A DNA stretch of 64,000 nt, taken from assembly GCA_963707955.1 (NCBI GenBank), contig OY970176.1, positions 2,240,001 through 2,304,000 on the forward strand, in the 5' to 3' direction. Of the stretch, positions 37,830 through 48,700 are shown piece after piece. Made by a program: the position numbers and the translations under genes. The notes under the pieces are model-generated. The model searched no databases and was not told the origin of the DNA. It worked only from the letters and a program-made list of their open reading frames with translations. This DNA is from Candidatus Bathyarchaeota archaeon. Its GTDB lineage: Archaea; Thermoproteota; Bathyarchaeia; Bathyarchaeales; Bathycorpusculaceae. How positions within the stretch are numbered: position 1 is the first letter of the stretch; each line of letters begins with the position of its first letter.

Positions 37830-38756
37830 TTAAGCTGGAGTTAGCCATTCCTCGTGTTTGTCCACTTTTCCAGCGACTATGTCCGCGTAGTATCCTGCTA
37901 TGCGCCTCGTCACGGACCCTGGATACTCTTTGCCCAGGGTCAAATCGTCTATGCTGGTTATCGGCGTGATTTCCCCACCGGTTCCGCATAAGAAAACTTC
38001 ATCAGAAGCATAAAGCTCAACGCGTGCAATATCCCTCACTTCAACTGAAACGCCAAGATCTTCTGGTGTTATCTTGAGAAGCGTCTCTCTCGTGATGCTC
38101 TCAAGAATTGAAGCGGTCACTGGTGGAGTTATCACTTTTCCATTTCTCACCACCATAATGCAGGCACCTGTTCCTTCGCTGACAAAACCCCTATTATCCA
38201 GAAATATTGCGCCGTCATAACCCATCCTCGTGGCTTCTCGCAGGGCCAAAGCAGAATTGCCGTAATTCGCCCACGTCTTCGCCTGCGGAGGAAGCGCGTC
38301 GGAAGCGATGCGCCTCCAACTGCTAATCATGAACCTGCGGTTCTTAGAAAACTGCATATTATCTTTTCCCAGCACCGTCTCGAATGTCCAGACTGGAATG
38401 ACAACGTGAACCTCTCCTGGCGCTCCAGCCTTTGGCCAAATTCTGGGTTGAATGTAAACGTTCGTTTGGAAACCGTTTGCCCTGATAGTCTTCCTCGTAG
38501 CCTCCAATAACTCCTCGTCAGTGTAAGGTATTTTCATCCCACAGACTGCCGCAGAACGCTGGAGCCGATCAACGTGAGGCTTCCATTGAAAAATGTTCAA
38601 ACTTCCCCTGCCGTTGACATCGTTTTTCACGTAAGCCTTTATTCCCTCGAAAATGCCAAGATGGATAGGCTCCAAAGCGGAGACAAGCGCCTTTTCAGTC
38701 CCTACGACCTCACCGTTCATCCAACAGAAACCTGCACCATGAAACGCAACAGACAT
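37830..38756 (-). CDS. ilvE: Branched-chain amino-acid aminotransferase (class IV)
   Basis: FEGIKAY, H..RL.RSA, AK..ANY, EG.GA, IL.SITR, EVFLCGT..EI.PI. Confidence 0.9.
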   Translation of the reverse strand: MSVAFHGAGFCWMNGEVVGTEKALVSALEPIHLGIFEGIKAYVKNDVNGRGSLNIFQWKPHVDRLQRSAAVCGMKIPYTDEELLEATRKTIRANGFQTNVYIQPRIWPKAGAPGEVHVVIPVWTFETVLGKDNMQFSKNRRFMISSWRRIASDALPPQAKTWANYGNSALALREATRMGYDGAIFLDNRGFVSEGTGACIMVVRNGKVITPPVTASILESITRETLLKITPEDLGVSVEVRDIARVELYASDEVFLCGTGGEITPITSIDDLTLGKEYPGSVTRRIAGYYADIVAGKVDKHEEWLTPA

Positions 38757-39289
38757 AAGATGACAACCTCAAACAAAACCTAAGCTCGCCACCTTTTCTA
38801 TTTATGAGTTTTGATGCAAGCGCGCGTTGTATAAAAAGAATCAACAAAAGTCAGTGTTCACTTGGTTCAAAGGGCTTCTTTGTTTCGCCACTCCATCGGA
38901 GCCACACGTACATAGCATCCTGCCTTATGGCTTAGTAATTTCAGAGGACAGGAGAGACTAATCGGTTCTCAATTATTCTCTGTTTATTTTTCTCTGCTTC
39001 CATGTTTTCTGTTTTTTCCGTTTGTCCGTTCTAGTTCTTGCTCTGTCGTCGTCCAGTCATAATACCAACATTCTCGATGGTTCGTCCCGTCGTCAGAGCG
39101 AGGCGACAGGACGCATCTACTCAGAGAGGGATATACAGGTCTGGCGAGAAAGTCGCCGAGCGAATCCCTTATGTTGACCTGTGAGTGCCGTCAGTTGTTA
39201 AGGTGTTCGTCGGGTTTTTTCGTTCAACTTCTCGAATCTCTGAGAGCCAGATAGGCCCCTATGATTAATTCAATAGTGCTAAAGGCTTT

Positions 39290-39769
39290 CTAAGCTTCAT
39301 TTCTTTCATCTATGCGGGATGTTTTGACTATGATTGCCATAATTTCATAATCCCATGGAATAGGGAGATAGAATCGCAACGGCCTCCATTCGGTTGTTGC
39401 AGTTTTAACTTCAACAGGGAAAGCTTTGCAAGCTTCGATGAACCACTTTTTATTGAAATAATAAAGATGGTCCGCAGCTTTAGCGCCAGCCCCCATGTGA
39501 TGAGGGCAGTATATCTGCACCTTGTATCTGCTTACTCGGATGAGTTCCTTCAACATCAGAAACGGATTGGGAACATGTTCTATTACGTGATGTGAATAGA
39601 CCATGTCGAAACTGTTGTCCTGAAAAGGCAAATGCTGTGCATCTGCTCTGATAAAATTCTGCATTAGGTGTGGATTAAGGTCGAAGTCTATGCCGCGATT
39701 CACCATGTTAAGGTCTACGTTCACATCTCCTTTGGGATCGGTTCCTCCGCACCCAACGTCAAGAATCAA
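39290..39769 (-). CDS. Class I SAM-dependent methyltransferase (type 11)
   Basis: ILDVGCG, ADAQHLPF.D.SFD, HVIEH. Confidence 0.85.
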   Translation of the reverse strand: MILDVGCGGTDPKGDVNVDLNMVNRGIDFDLNPHLMQNFIRADAQHLPFQDNSFDMVYSHHVIEHVPNPFLMLKELIRVSRYKVQIYCPHHMGAGAKAADHLYYFNKKWFIEACKAFPVEVKTATTEWRPLRFYLPIPWDYEIMAIIVKTSRIDERNEA

Positions 39770-39800
39770 CTTTGTCTGCTCCTAGCTGGTTTTTCTTGCC

Positions 39801-40002
39801 CCGCGGGCGCATCGCATATTATGTCCACATTCCGTCCTTTCTCGATGTCTATCCCTATATGCTCGGTTGGGTGTAATGATTCAACAAAGGGTCTAAGAGT
39901 GCCATTTACATTGCATGAACGAAATTCAATTACTCTCTGTCCTTGAACTCCGTCCTTTGTCAGATTTAACACTCTGAACATAACACAATTTACGCCACAC
40001 AT
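39801..40002 (-). pseudogene. 5' stub of a SAM-dependent methyltransferase
   Basis: RVIE..S.NVNG.LRP...GIDIEKG..VDIICDA then homology stops at GCGCCCGCGG. Confidence 0.7.
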
Positions 40003-40206
40003 GCTATTCCATTCGTTAGTTAGACTATATTTTACAATTATGAATTTGGAATAAGTATTGGTAGTATACCGCGCGCTAAAGCATTTACCTGACAAGCAAA
40101 TTCACGTTTTTGGGGTCGGGAGCACTTTGACCATGCACCTGATGTTTTATGCTGGTGCAGATTCGGTTGACAGTTCTGGTTGGAGAAGAAAAGCGGCGCG
40201 CGTTGG

Positions 40207-40659
40207 TTAGGGTTGCATTGTTCGGCGGGGCATGAATTGTTGTTGTTGTTGCATCGGGTCAGGAAACCTGGAGTAGTGTTCGTGGACCACTTTCCATCCT
40301 GAATCTTGTTTGTTGAGGACGGATGTGACGCGTGAAGTCACGTCGAATGTCCTGTTTCTCATCACTGCTCGATAATGTATGATGAATGTGGCGATCGCCG
40401 TGTTCCCGAGAATGTTGGCTTGAAAATCCCTCAACTCGTAAGTGTAGCTGGACATTACCTTGAACGCGTCGAACTCGTTCTCTAAGGCTTTCGAGCCTTC
40501 CTGCCTCTCATAGGGGGGCCAGTCGTCAAATTTGTTGTAGTGCTCATCAACGATTGCTTTGACCGCACCCTCGTCCTTGTTCTTCATGGCGTCGAGCCGA
40601 CTAACTATAACATTCCTTATTTCATCCTGCGCGGGTGATCCGACTGTAGTCTGTGCCAT
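40207..40659 (-). CDS. SnoaL/NTF2-like (DUF4440) protein
   Basis: G.TA.A.F...Y, R.T.V......WKVVHEH.S. Confidence 0.85.
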   Translation of the reverse strand: MAQTTVGSPAQDEIRNVIVSRLDAMKNKDEGAVKAIVDEHYNKFDDWPPYERQEGSKALENEFDAFKVMSSYTYELRDFQANILGNTAIATFIIHYRAVMRNRTFDVTSRVTSVLNKQDSGWKVVHEHYSRFPDPMQQQQQFMPRRTMQP

Positions 40660-41202
40660 TTTGACACCTCACCTTAAGGCGCTTGTTCTTCTCTCTTCAA
40701 AACGCGCTAGCATCTTATGTTTCTTTCTCAAGCGCGCGCCCTTTTCTTCACTTTGCATTTCTAGCATAAACGGTAGTGCGCGCGCTTCTCTAAGAATCAA
40801 CGTACAGTGGCATTTGCACTTCTCCACTGCCAAGCACGTACTCTCCATTTATCCCTTCCACTCCACTCACTAACATCAAAGTTCCTTGTGCACAAGTCTA
40901 CCTCACCCCGTCTGTAAGTCCTAGACGGTCTCAATATATAAGAGCTATAGTGAGCGCGCGCGGTTGTCTAATGTGGTTTTTACCCTTTCATCTTAAACAT
41001 TCTTGTCCTGGAAATGGAAACACGAAATGGGGTACTGTTTAAGACGACAATTGCTACTTAATCTCGACCGCTTCGCGCGCTGGGAGACCCAAACAACTTC
41101 AGGTTCGAATCCAATTAATTTCGCTGGGTTCCAGCTAAGGCATTCTGATTTGATGGACAAAATGGAAATTGCTAATACTGGCAGCCTGAATTGTCACGCG
41201 GG

Positions 41203-42546
41203 CTAATTTTGCCTTGCTAACGTTCCCATAGGATCCCAAGGTGGAAGAACAACAGGTTCGGTGCAGAGAACACTCAAGAGTTCTGGAGAGAGGTATTTTT
41301 TTCTAACAGTTATTTCGAACAGGTATTCGTCGAACCACTTATCCATCATATACATATAACCTCTGTCCCCAATCGTGGCCCCCCAACTGTTTTCAACTCG
41401 CCATTTTTTCGGTTTTCCTTTTTCGTCAAGATCCACACCTGTCAGTACCATAGCGTGTGTCATCTCGCTATTCCTGTATTCCAATCTTCCGGCCTTATCT
41501 AGCTTAAAATCTGTTCCGTAGACGATGTCATAATCATACACGTTCAAATCCATTGCGCCCATGTCTGTTTCAAGCATCTGGCCCACGTCACAGCCAAACC
41601 AAACCGCATGGTTGTCCTTTATCATGTCAACGGCAGCTTTCTTCAATGTGTCTATATCAACGTTTAAGTAATGGACTGGACGTCCACCGATAACGTTACC
41701 GAGATACTGCACCGTGTAGAGTTTATTGTAGGGTTTGTCCTTGGTTGGGGCGTTTATTAGGCAGACTAGATCATCCAGGTCGACGTTCACATATTTCTTG
41801 TAGAACTCTCTCGGTGTCATATTACCATCCCTGTGGAATCTTTTGTCTTTGTCTCGCCATTCCCAGTAGAAGCTGCTCGGAGGTTTCCCTAAGTGAATTG
41901 CAAGCATTCGATAGAACTCCTCAAGTAACTCGCGCTTTGACTTTCGCAATTCCTCTGCAGAAGAGCCCTGAGCATGCATCTCCCTGAGCAACTTCGCATA
42001 TTCCCTCAGCTTGGAGACTAGCAGAGTGTTCATAGAATCGGAATCGCTGCTACTGAATGTCTCCGGCATAAAAGACTTCGGCACAACCCCGTACTTGTCT
42101 ACGAGATTCACGAACATGTCCCACTGTCCACCATCGGGAAGTGGATCAGAGAGAAGCGCCAGAATCATCCGGCTGTCCAGTGGCTCATCCCTGGTCTCGA
42201 TGATGCTCTCAAGGAAATAATTTGCCTTCTCCAATTTATCCCAGAACATCTGGTAGACCTCGGAGAGTTCAAAGGTCTGAAGGTTCAACTTTTTCATAGC
42301 TTCCAGGCAGAGGAGACTAAGCCCAGAGAACAACCAACACCGCCCTGACCGCTCTTGATTAGTAGCCTCCGGTGACTCTATGAGATTACTGAATGTGTAG
42401 TTAATTCGATCGATTTCTTTTCGACTCAAAGCCACAGCTGCAATACCGTTCTGGGTCACCGCGTTCAACGCAAGAAGATTCTTAGGGTCCCTATCAAAAG
42501 ATGCTAAAAATCGCTTAATATCCTCATTCGTGACACTTTGCATCAT
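41203..42546 (-). CDS. pepC: Aminopeptidase C / bleomycin hydrolase (peptidase C1B)
   Basis: NQ..SGRCWLF, FWDKLEKAN, DGGQW, HAMVLTGVD, WRVENSWG, PWDPMG.LA. Confidence 0.95.
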   Translation of the reverse strand: MMQSVTNEDIKRFLASFDRDPKNLLALNAVTQNGIAAVALSRKEIDRINYTFSNLIESPEATNQERSGRCWLFSGLSLLCLEAMKKLNLQTFELSEVYQMFWDKLEKANYFLESIIETRDEPLDSRMILALLSDPLPDGGQWDMFVNLVDKYGVVPKSFMPETFSSSDSDSMNTLLVSKLREYAKLLREMHAQGSSAEELRKSKRELLEEFYRMLAIHLGKPPSSFYWEWRDKDKRFHRDGNMTPREFYKKYVNVDLDDLVCLINAPTKDKPYNKLYTVQYLGNVIGGRPVHYLNVDIDTLKKAAVDMIKDNHAVWFGCDVGQMLETDMGAMDLNVYDYDIVYGTDFKLDKAGRLEYRNSEMTHAMVLTGVDLDEKGKPKKWRVENSWGATIGDRGYMYMMDKWFDEYLFEITVRKKYLSPELLSVLCTEPVVLPPWDPMGTLARQN

Positions 42547-42681
42547 AATATTTCCCGACCATTTGGGATACATTAACTTAGATATCAATCGAACTAAGTT
42601 AAAGTTTTTGACCAAGTCTGAATTAACAAGTTACCTAACTAATTCATGGAGCTTTACATCGCGCGCGCTTAAGCCAAGCTT

Positions 42682-44139
42682 TCAAGTCTGCCTCTTACCA
42701 GTGACTCTTCTATAGAAATGTTTAATGTGCTGCAAAGCATGCGCCAGAAACGTCTGTTCTTGCTCATGTGCCCTCTTCAAAACAGCCTCTCGGGAAAGCA
42801 ACTCTTGCTTGAGTTCAGCTATCTCTTTCTTCGGGGAATACTTGATGTAGATGGGCACTCCCACGAGAAGCAAGAGCAGACCTAATGCGATCTGCGTCAG
42901 ACTGCACTGTGTGATCAGGTACAAAGAAAACCCTGCACCCAGAACTGGAATGATCAGCCCACCTCTGAGACGGAAACTGGGCTGTGAGACCTTTCTGCGC
43001 AGGAAAAAGATCGAGGCACTGGTTGCAAGGTAAGAAGCCGCCATGAAAAACACTGAAACAGCAATCAGCATACCGAGACCGCCAATAGTCGGAGCCACTG
43101 AAGCTGCAACAAACGCCGCGGCACCCTCAATTATTATCCCCAGGTAAGGAGTCTTGAACCTTGCATGAACCTTCGCAAACACTTTAGGAAAGAGACCGTC
43201 TGCAGCAAGCGCATACCCAAGTCTTGACGTACCTATCATTCCAGACTCATCAGACCCAGCAACTGAAACCAACGCCCCACCCCCGACTATGTATAGACAT
43301 ATCGCTGCCAAGATCGGCAATGAGACAAGCGCCGCCGTTGTCGCATCGGCCAAAGGAGCGTTGGAACCACCCAACTTGTAAGATGGCATTATTCCAAAAA
43401 GCAAAATGTTCGTTATCAAATAGAAGATTGTCACGATTGTGATCCCAACCACTATGGCCTTCGGAATCGTTTTCCCAGGATCCTTTATCTCCCCTGCTGG
43501 TATAGTTGAGATTTCGAAACCAGCATAGGCCCAGAACACCAGAACGACAGTTATCCCGAAACTTCCCAACCCACCTGGCAAGAACGGCGTAAAATTCCCG
43601 GCTGCTGCAATAGGATGTAGAACCACGAAGAATATGCCAATAATCGCGAAAAGAACCAGCGGGACCAGCTTAACCACAGTCAAGACGTCATTCGTCTTCC
43701 CAGCTGCTTTGACCCCAACGACATTCGTTATGACCAGAAAAGCCACGAACAGTCCCTTGACAAGCGTCTGAATAGGAAAGGAAAGGCTGAGAAAAACCCC
43801 CAAATACTGCACGAACGCCAATGGAAAAACAGCTAACGATACCCATTCAGCCAGCCACAGCGACCAGCCGACCGTGAATCCGGCAAACGGTCCCCAAGCT
43901 TCTTTCGCGTATGCATATGGACCACCGACTTTCGGAAGCAGGGCAGCACACTGAGCGAAACACAGGGCGATCACGATCGCTATGATTCCACAGAAGACCC
44001 AGACCACCAACGAGAAAGGTCCCAAGTATTTGGCTCCAAACGCTGAAGCCACGTAAATGTCAGCACCTATGATGGCTCCAACAACCAGATTCGTCACGTC
44101 AAAAAGTGTGAGCTCCGACTTAAGATCAACCTTAGACAT
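42682..44139 (-). CDS. APC-family amino acid permease
   Basis: VGAIIGADI, GGPY.Y, WAYAGFE, E.KDP..TIPKA, ~12 TM. Confidence 0.93.
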   Translation of the reverse strand: MSKVDLKSELTLFDVTNLVVGAIIGADIYVASAFGAKYLGPFSLVVWVFCGIIAIVIALCFAQCAALLPKVGGPYAYAKEAWGPFAGFTVGWSLWLAEWVSLAVFPLAFVQYLGVFLSLSFPIQTLVKGLFVAFLVITNVVGVKAAGKTNDVLTVVKLVPLVLFAIIGIFFVVLHPIAAAGNFTPFLPGGLGSFGITVVLVFWAYAGFEISTIPAGEIKDPGKTIPKAIVVGITIVTIFYLITNILLFGIMPSYKLGGSNAPLADATTAALVSLPILAAICLYIVGGGALVSVAGSDESGMIGTSRLGYALAADGLFPKVFAKVHARFKTPYLGIIIEGAAAFVAASVAPTIGGLGMLIAVSVFFMAASYLATSASIFFLRRKVSQPSFRLRGGLIIPVLGAGFSLYLITQCSLTQIALGLLLLLVGVPIYIKYSPKKEIAELKQELLSREAVLKRAHEQEQTFLAHALQHIKHFYRRVTGKRQT

Positions 44140-44305
44140 CGAAACAAGTTAACAGCAAAACTCACATATAAGATATTTCGCTTCGATGCCTAAGCGCGCG
44201 CTTGCCACAAATCAACAGGAAATTGCTTGAATATTCAGATTACATTCGTTCTGAAAAACGGAACATAGCCCAACATCCAACGAGGATTTTTAGTCAAAAG
44301 GAAGC

Positions 44306-44406
44306 TCAGACATGGCAGTAGGCAGACTCTTGACACGTTGATTAGTGAAGAGGCTTACTTGCTTGCAAAGTTTCTGAGGCATGAACGGGAAACATGGGTT
44401 CCAAGA
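44306..44406 (+). pseudogene. cas1: cas1 3'-end fragment, copy 2
   Basis: Near-identical to ~19242-19342 (RHGSRQTLDTLI.EEAYL.AKFLRHERETW.PR). Confidence 0.92.
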
Positions 44407-44646
44407 GAAGAGAGCGCACGCGACGTCAAAGAAGTGAAAGAAATACTTGATGGAAAACGAGATTACGCACTGAATTATGAACCTCCAATAGACGTGAACC
44501 TGAATGAAAAGAAAGAACAGCAGAAAAAACGTGTTTGGACAATTGACTTAGACACTCTTACAGGTCACAGAGCGCGCGACATACTTGCGGATTTCCTTTC
44601 TTTTTCGAAATAGCTTGACTTGCACATGTCACAGACCTTCTTAGAT

Positions 44647-45426
44647 CTAGATTTTATCAGGCTTGGCAGATGCGTCTTGTTTGTACGATTTGTCGTAGAA
44701 GAGATCTGGATCCATCTTCAGATACTCCACGTACAATTCTATTAGCTGTCTTAACTTGACTAGCTCAAGCGTGGCTTCTCCAACCTTGACAGTTTTCATT
44801 ATTCCTCGTGCAATACAAGGATTCGTCAACTTTGCAAAATCTGGGTAAGGACCAAAATCCCATTCCCACTCGCCCTCAGGATACTTCTCAATGAGCCAAT
44901 GTGGCGGAGTGATCTTCTCTAGGATGCGCTCAGGGAGTTGGACAAGTTTCTCAGCCAAGTGCATGGCAGTACAGCTTTCTAGGCCGACGCCGATGAGCAG
45001 TATGTAACCGTCCCGGTCAAGCAGTCTATGCCAGCCTTCTGACAGTTCTTTTGCGTTCGGTCCTAGAGCTGCGATAGAGTTGCTGGGATGAGAGCCGCGG
45101 ACTACACCCTTCCTCTTTCTAAAAGTCTCGGGAATTATGCCCGTTCTTACGGGTGTCTCCTTAGGATCATACGGTAGAAGCTTAAGCAACCATGAAACCC
45201 CTATCGCAATCTCCTCAGGTGTCCTTCGATCTTCAGACACGTTTGCAGAATGCGTCGACATTACTATGTTTCCTTCCTGCCCAACAATCTCCAAGAGAGC
45301 ATCGATAACAGCATCAGCCCCGCCCTCAACGTGCCCGAAACGCCTCAAGGAGCTGTGAACGCCAACAGAGTCGCCTTTCTTCAACCCCAGTGTCCTTAGG
45401 CCAGCCTTAATATGCTCCTTATTCAC
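44647..45426 (-). CDS. AAC(3)-family N-acetyltransferase
   Basis: LG...GD...VHSSL..FG.V.GG, G.IPE.FR, HP..S.AA.G, LLIGVG....T..HLAE. Confidence 0.9.
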   Translation of the reverse strand: MNKEHIKAGLRTLGLKKGDSVGVHSSLRRFGHVEGGADAVIDALLEIVGQEGNIVMSTHSANVSEDRRTPEEIAIGVSWLLKLLPYDPKETPVRTGIIPETFRKRKGVVRGSHPSNSIAALGPNAKELSEGWHRLLDRDGYILLIGVGLESCTAMHLAEKLVQLPERILEKITPPHWLIEKYPEGEWEWDFGPYPDFAKLTNPCIARGIMKTVKVGEATLELVKLRQLIELYVEYLKMDPDLFYDKSYKQDASAKPDKI

Positions 45427-45466
45427 TGACTCCAGATTTCCCTCTCCGCTGCATTCATTCGACGCT

Positions 45467-45632
45467 TAGCGCGCCGGCTAACTTTTCCGACATATCCAAT
45501 GTTGGTTGGTTTGGATAAGACTTTACCCTTTTTCTCTCTCCTACTCTACCTTCCTCTCTACCTCTCTTATTCTACTCCTCTTCTCACAAAACTGCACAAT
45601 AAACTATAACTCACACACAAAGAGCGCGCGCC
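45467..45632 (+). repeat. Box + G-poor tract element, copy 6
   Basis: First ~60 nt nearly identical to copy 4; box 45513-45528; tract with a single G over ~95 nt; ends in AGCGCGCGC. Confidence 0.88.
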
Positions 45633-45737
45633 CGCCCCGTAGGAGAAAAGTGTTAGCGATGGAGATGGACGTTGAAGCTTCTTTCGTAAACTTTTTACCA
45701 CTGCAAGTTCACCTATTGCTTAGAGAGAGGAGTTAAA

Positions 45738-48700
45738 TTGTCTAGGAAGACTGTTTCTGCAATAATGCTATTTTTGTTGGTGATAAGCACATTAACATTG
45801 GCATTTAAGATTCAATCAGTCAAAGCAGACGATGGAACTGTCTACGTTAATGCTGACGGAAGCATAAGCCCGATCAGCGGCAATGTTGTCACAAATGTCA
45901 CTTCGTTCGAGGCCATTAGATGGCAGGAAAAAACGTTCTTCGCTGCTGGAAGGTACTGGCTTTTTTATGTTGACGGAGGTTACCCCACAGAGAGCTCCTT
46001 GCCGAGCTCCACGATGTATTATACGACAAGCACGGATGGAGTTTCTTGGACCCCTCCGACCGCACTTGCATCTGGTCTCAGTGAAAACTCTGGAGAAAAC
46101 GTACAGGCATTTCTAAGCAATAGTGGATATCTCCAAGTTTTTTATAGGATTAATAATGAGCTTTTCTACCGCATGGGGAGTCCCAACTCAGACGGTTCAA
46201 TAACGTGGGCGACACCTAGCTGGCAACTCGTCTTCAATGCTAATGCAGCAGAAGGAGAAGCAAGCGGTACGTGTGACTTTTTCGCAATAGTCGACTCTAA
46301 CAATTATCCTTGGGTTTCTTGGGGGTACGTCCAAGAGCCGATACAGTTGCTCAATCCTTCAGACACTAAAATGTACGTTTGGAAAGACGCGTTTAACAAT
46401 GGCACGTGGCAGACTGCCTCAGGCTTTCCCTATAACGTAGGCACTGGCAACTATACAAACGACTTGATGATTCCGCTTTCGAACGGTCAAAATTACGTAA
46501 TGTACTTTCTTGATAATCCCCCCTTAAGCGGTCAGATCTATGGTGAACTGTGGAACGGCACTGCGTGGGGGCCTCAGGAAACATGCACAACCAGTCAGGT
46601 GAATGAGCAATACGTTTGGGGACAGGAATCCTGGGACAGAACTGCAGTTGCGGATTCAAACGATAACATATACCTGGCTTTTTTGTCCACAACACTGAAC
46701 TTGGTTTTTGTCGAGCGCACGATGAGCGGTGGATGGACTAGCGAAACAATCGTGCAAGGTGGCTGTGGCATTTATTCGTCTCCTTCATTCAACTTATACG
46801 ACGACAACCTGCGACTGTTTTGGATTAACAGTTCCACCTCAATATGCTACAAGAAATACGTTGGCGGCGTATGGGATACTGACCCGACTTTGATAGTGAA
46901 TGAAACAAACTCTCAGATTGCAGTCGGCACCTCCGTCGACGGCACGGATGATGGACGTTTAAACGCTTTCACAATGTCTCTTGATGGTAGCATTGGCTTG
47001 TTGTGGGTAAACAATCAAACAGTGACGAACACTGGTCAAATAATGTTCGGGCTTCAACCGCAGACAGCACTGACATTCTCAAACATCGGTTTAAGCAGCA
47101 CAGTAGCAAATTCGACTTGCACGTTCAGCTGTTGTTGGACCGACACGCAAGGACTTGGTGCGTTCATTTTCTCGACAAACAATACCGGCAACTGGCAGAA
47201 CGACTCCACGGTGAGTCTCAGTGGCACTGTCGCGTGGACAAACGTGACGAAGACTTTGAACCCCATAGTGGGCACGGTCGTCGGTTACGAATGGTTCGCA
47301 AACGACACGAATGGCAACTGGGCATCGACAGGAATTCAAACATTAACAACACACGCGCCCGCTGGTTATATCTCGACCGAACCCATTTACATACAGGCCG
47401 ACGGAAGCATACAACCGTCAACAGCGCCGATTTCCAGCGTTGACAACGTGACCTACACGTTAACAAACGATATCACGGCAAACGTCACAGCCAGTTCCAG
47501 CGCAATCATCATACAAAGAGACAACATCACAATAGACGGAGCAGGCCACACGCTGCAAGACTCAGGAGCTTCAGACTCCGAAGGAATAGATTTGACAGGA
47601 AGAAGCAACGTAACAATCAAAAACATGCAAATCACAGCATTCTATTATGGCATCGATCTCAATTCTTCTTCTAACAACAGCGTGAGCGGAAACAACATAA
47701 CAAGCAACAGCTGGGCTGGCATCTGGCTCGATTCTTCTTCTGATAATAATAGCGTGAGCGGAAACTCGTTTGTTAATTGCGGCTTACTTGTGTTTGATTC
47801 CTATGGGAATGTGGTGACTGATAACTTGGTGAACGGTAAACCCTTGGTCTATCTTGAAGATGTGTCAGACTATGCGGTTGGGGACGCTGGGCAAGTCATA
47901 CTCGTCAACTGTAACAACGTAACCGTGGAAAACCTCAACCTATACAACACTAACACAGGCGTTGAACTATGGGAAACAAACAACACCACAATCTCAGATA
48001 ACGACATAACAGCAAACACCAACGACGGTATCTCGTTCTATTCTTCTGCTAATAATAACGTGAGCGGAAACAACGTAACAAACGACGGTGCTGGCGTCGA
48101 TTTCGATTCTTCTTCTGCTAATAATAGTGTGAGCGGAAACAACATAACAAACGACGGCTATGGCATCATGCTCTTTTCTTCTGCTAATAATAGCGTGAGC
48201 GGAAACAACATAACGAACAACGGCTATGGCATCATGCTCTTTTCTTCTGATAATGATAATAGCGTGAGCGGAAACAACATAACGAACAACAGCTGGGCTG
48301 GCATCTATCTCCTTTCTTCTGCTAATAATAGTGTGAGCGGAAACAACATAACGAACAACGGCTATGGCATGATGCTCTTTTCTTCTGCTAATAATGGCGT
48401 GAGCGGAAACAACATAACAAGGAACAGCTGGGCTGGCGTCTATATCGATTATTCTGATAATAATAGTGTGAGCGGAAACAACATAACAAACAACAGGGTT
48501 GGCATTGAGATAGATTCTTCCTCTAAGAATACAGTCTACCATAACAACTTCATAAACAACACCGGCCAAGTTTATTCTTCTGGCTCGACTAGTGTTTGGG
48601 ATGTTGGCTATCCCATTTGTGGAAACTACTGGAGCGACTACAACGGCACAGACTTGTACAGCGGGCAATATCAGAATGTGACTGGAAGCGACGGCATAGG

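Noticed and set aside
38940-39260. Possible structured ncRNA upstream of ilvE
   Set aside because: A few short hairpins, but no recognisable riboswitch or ncRNA motif; cannot be supported without a covariance search.
41095-41120. tRNA-like GGTTCGAATCC
   Set aside because: Flanks do not form a T-stem and no cloverleaf or acceptor stem is evident.
47660-48500. Tandem repeats as a possible CRISPR array
   Set aside because: Units are multiples of 3, in frame, and encode beta-helix repeats; the intervening sequences are similar to each other.
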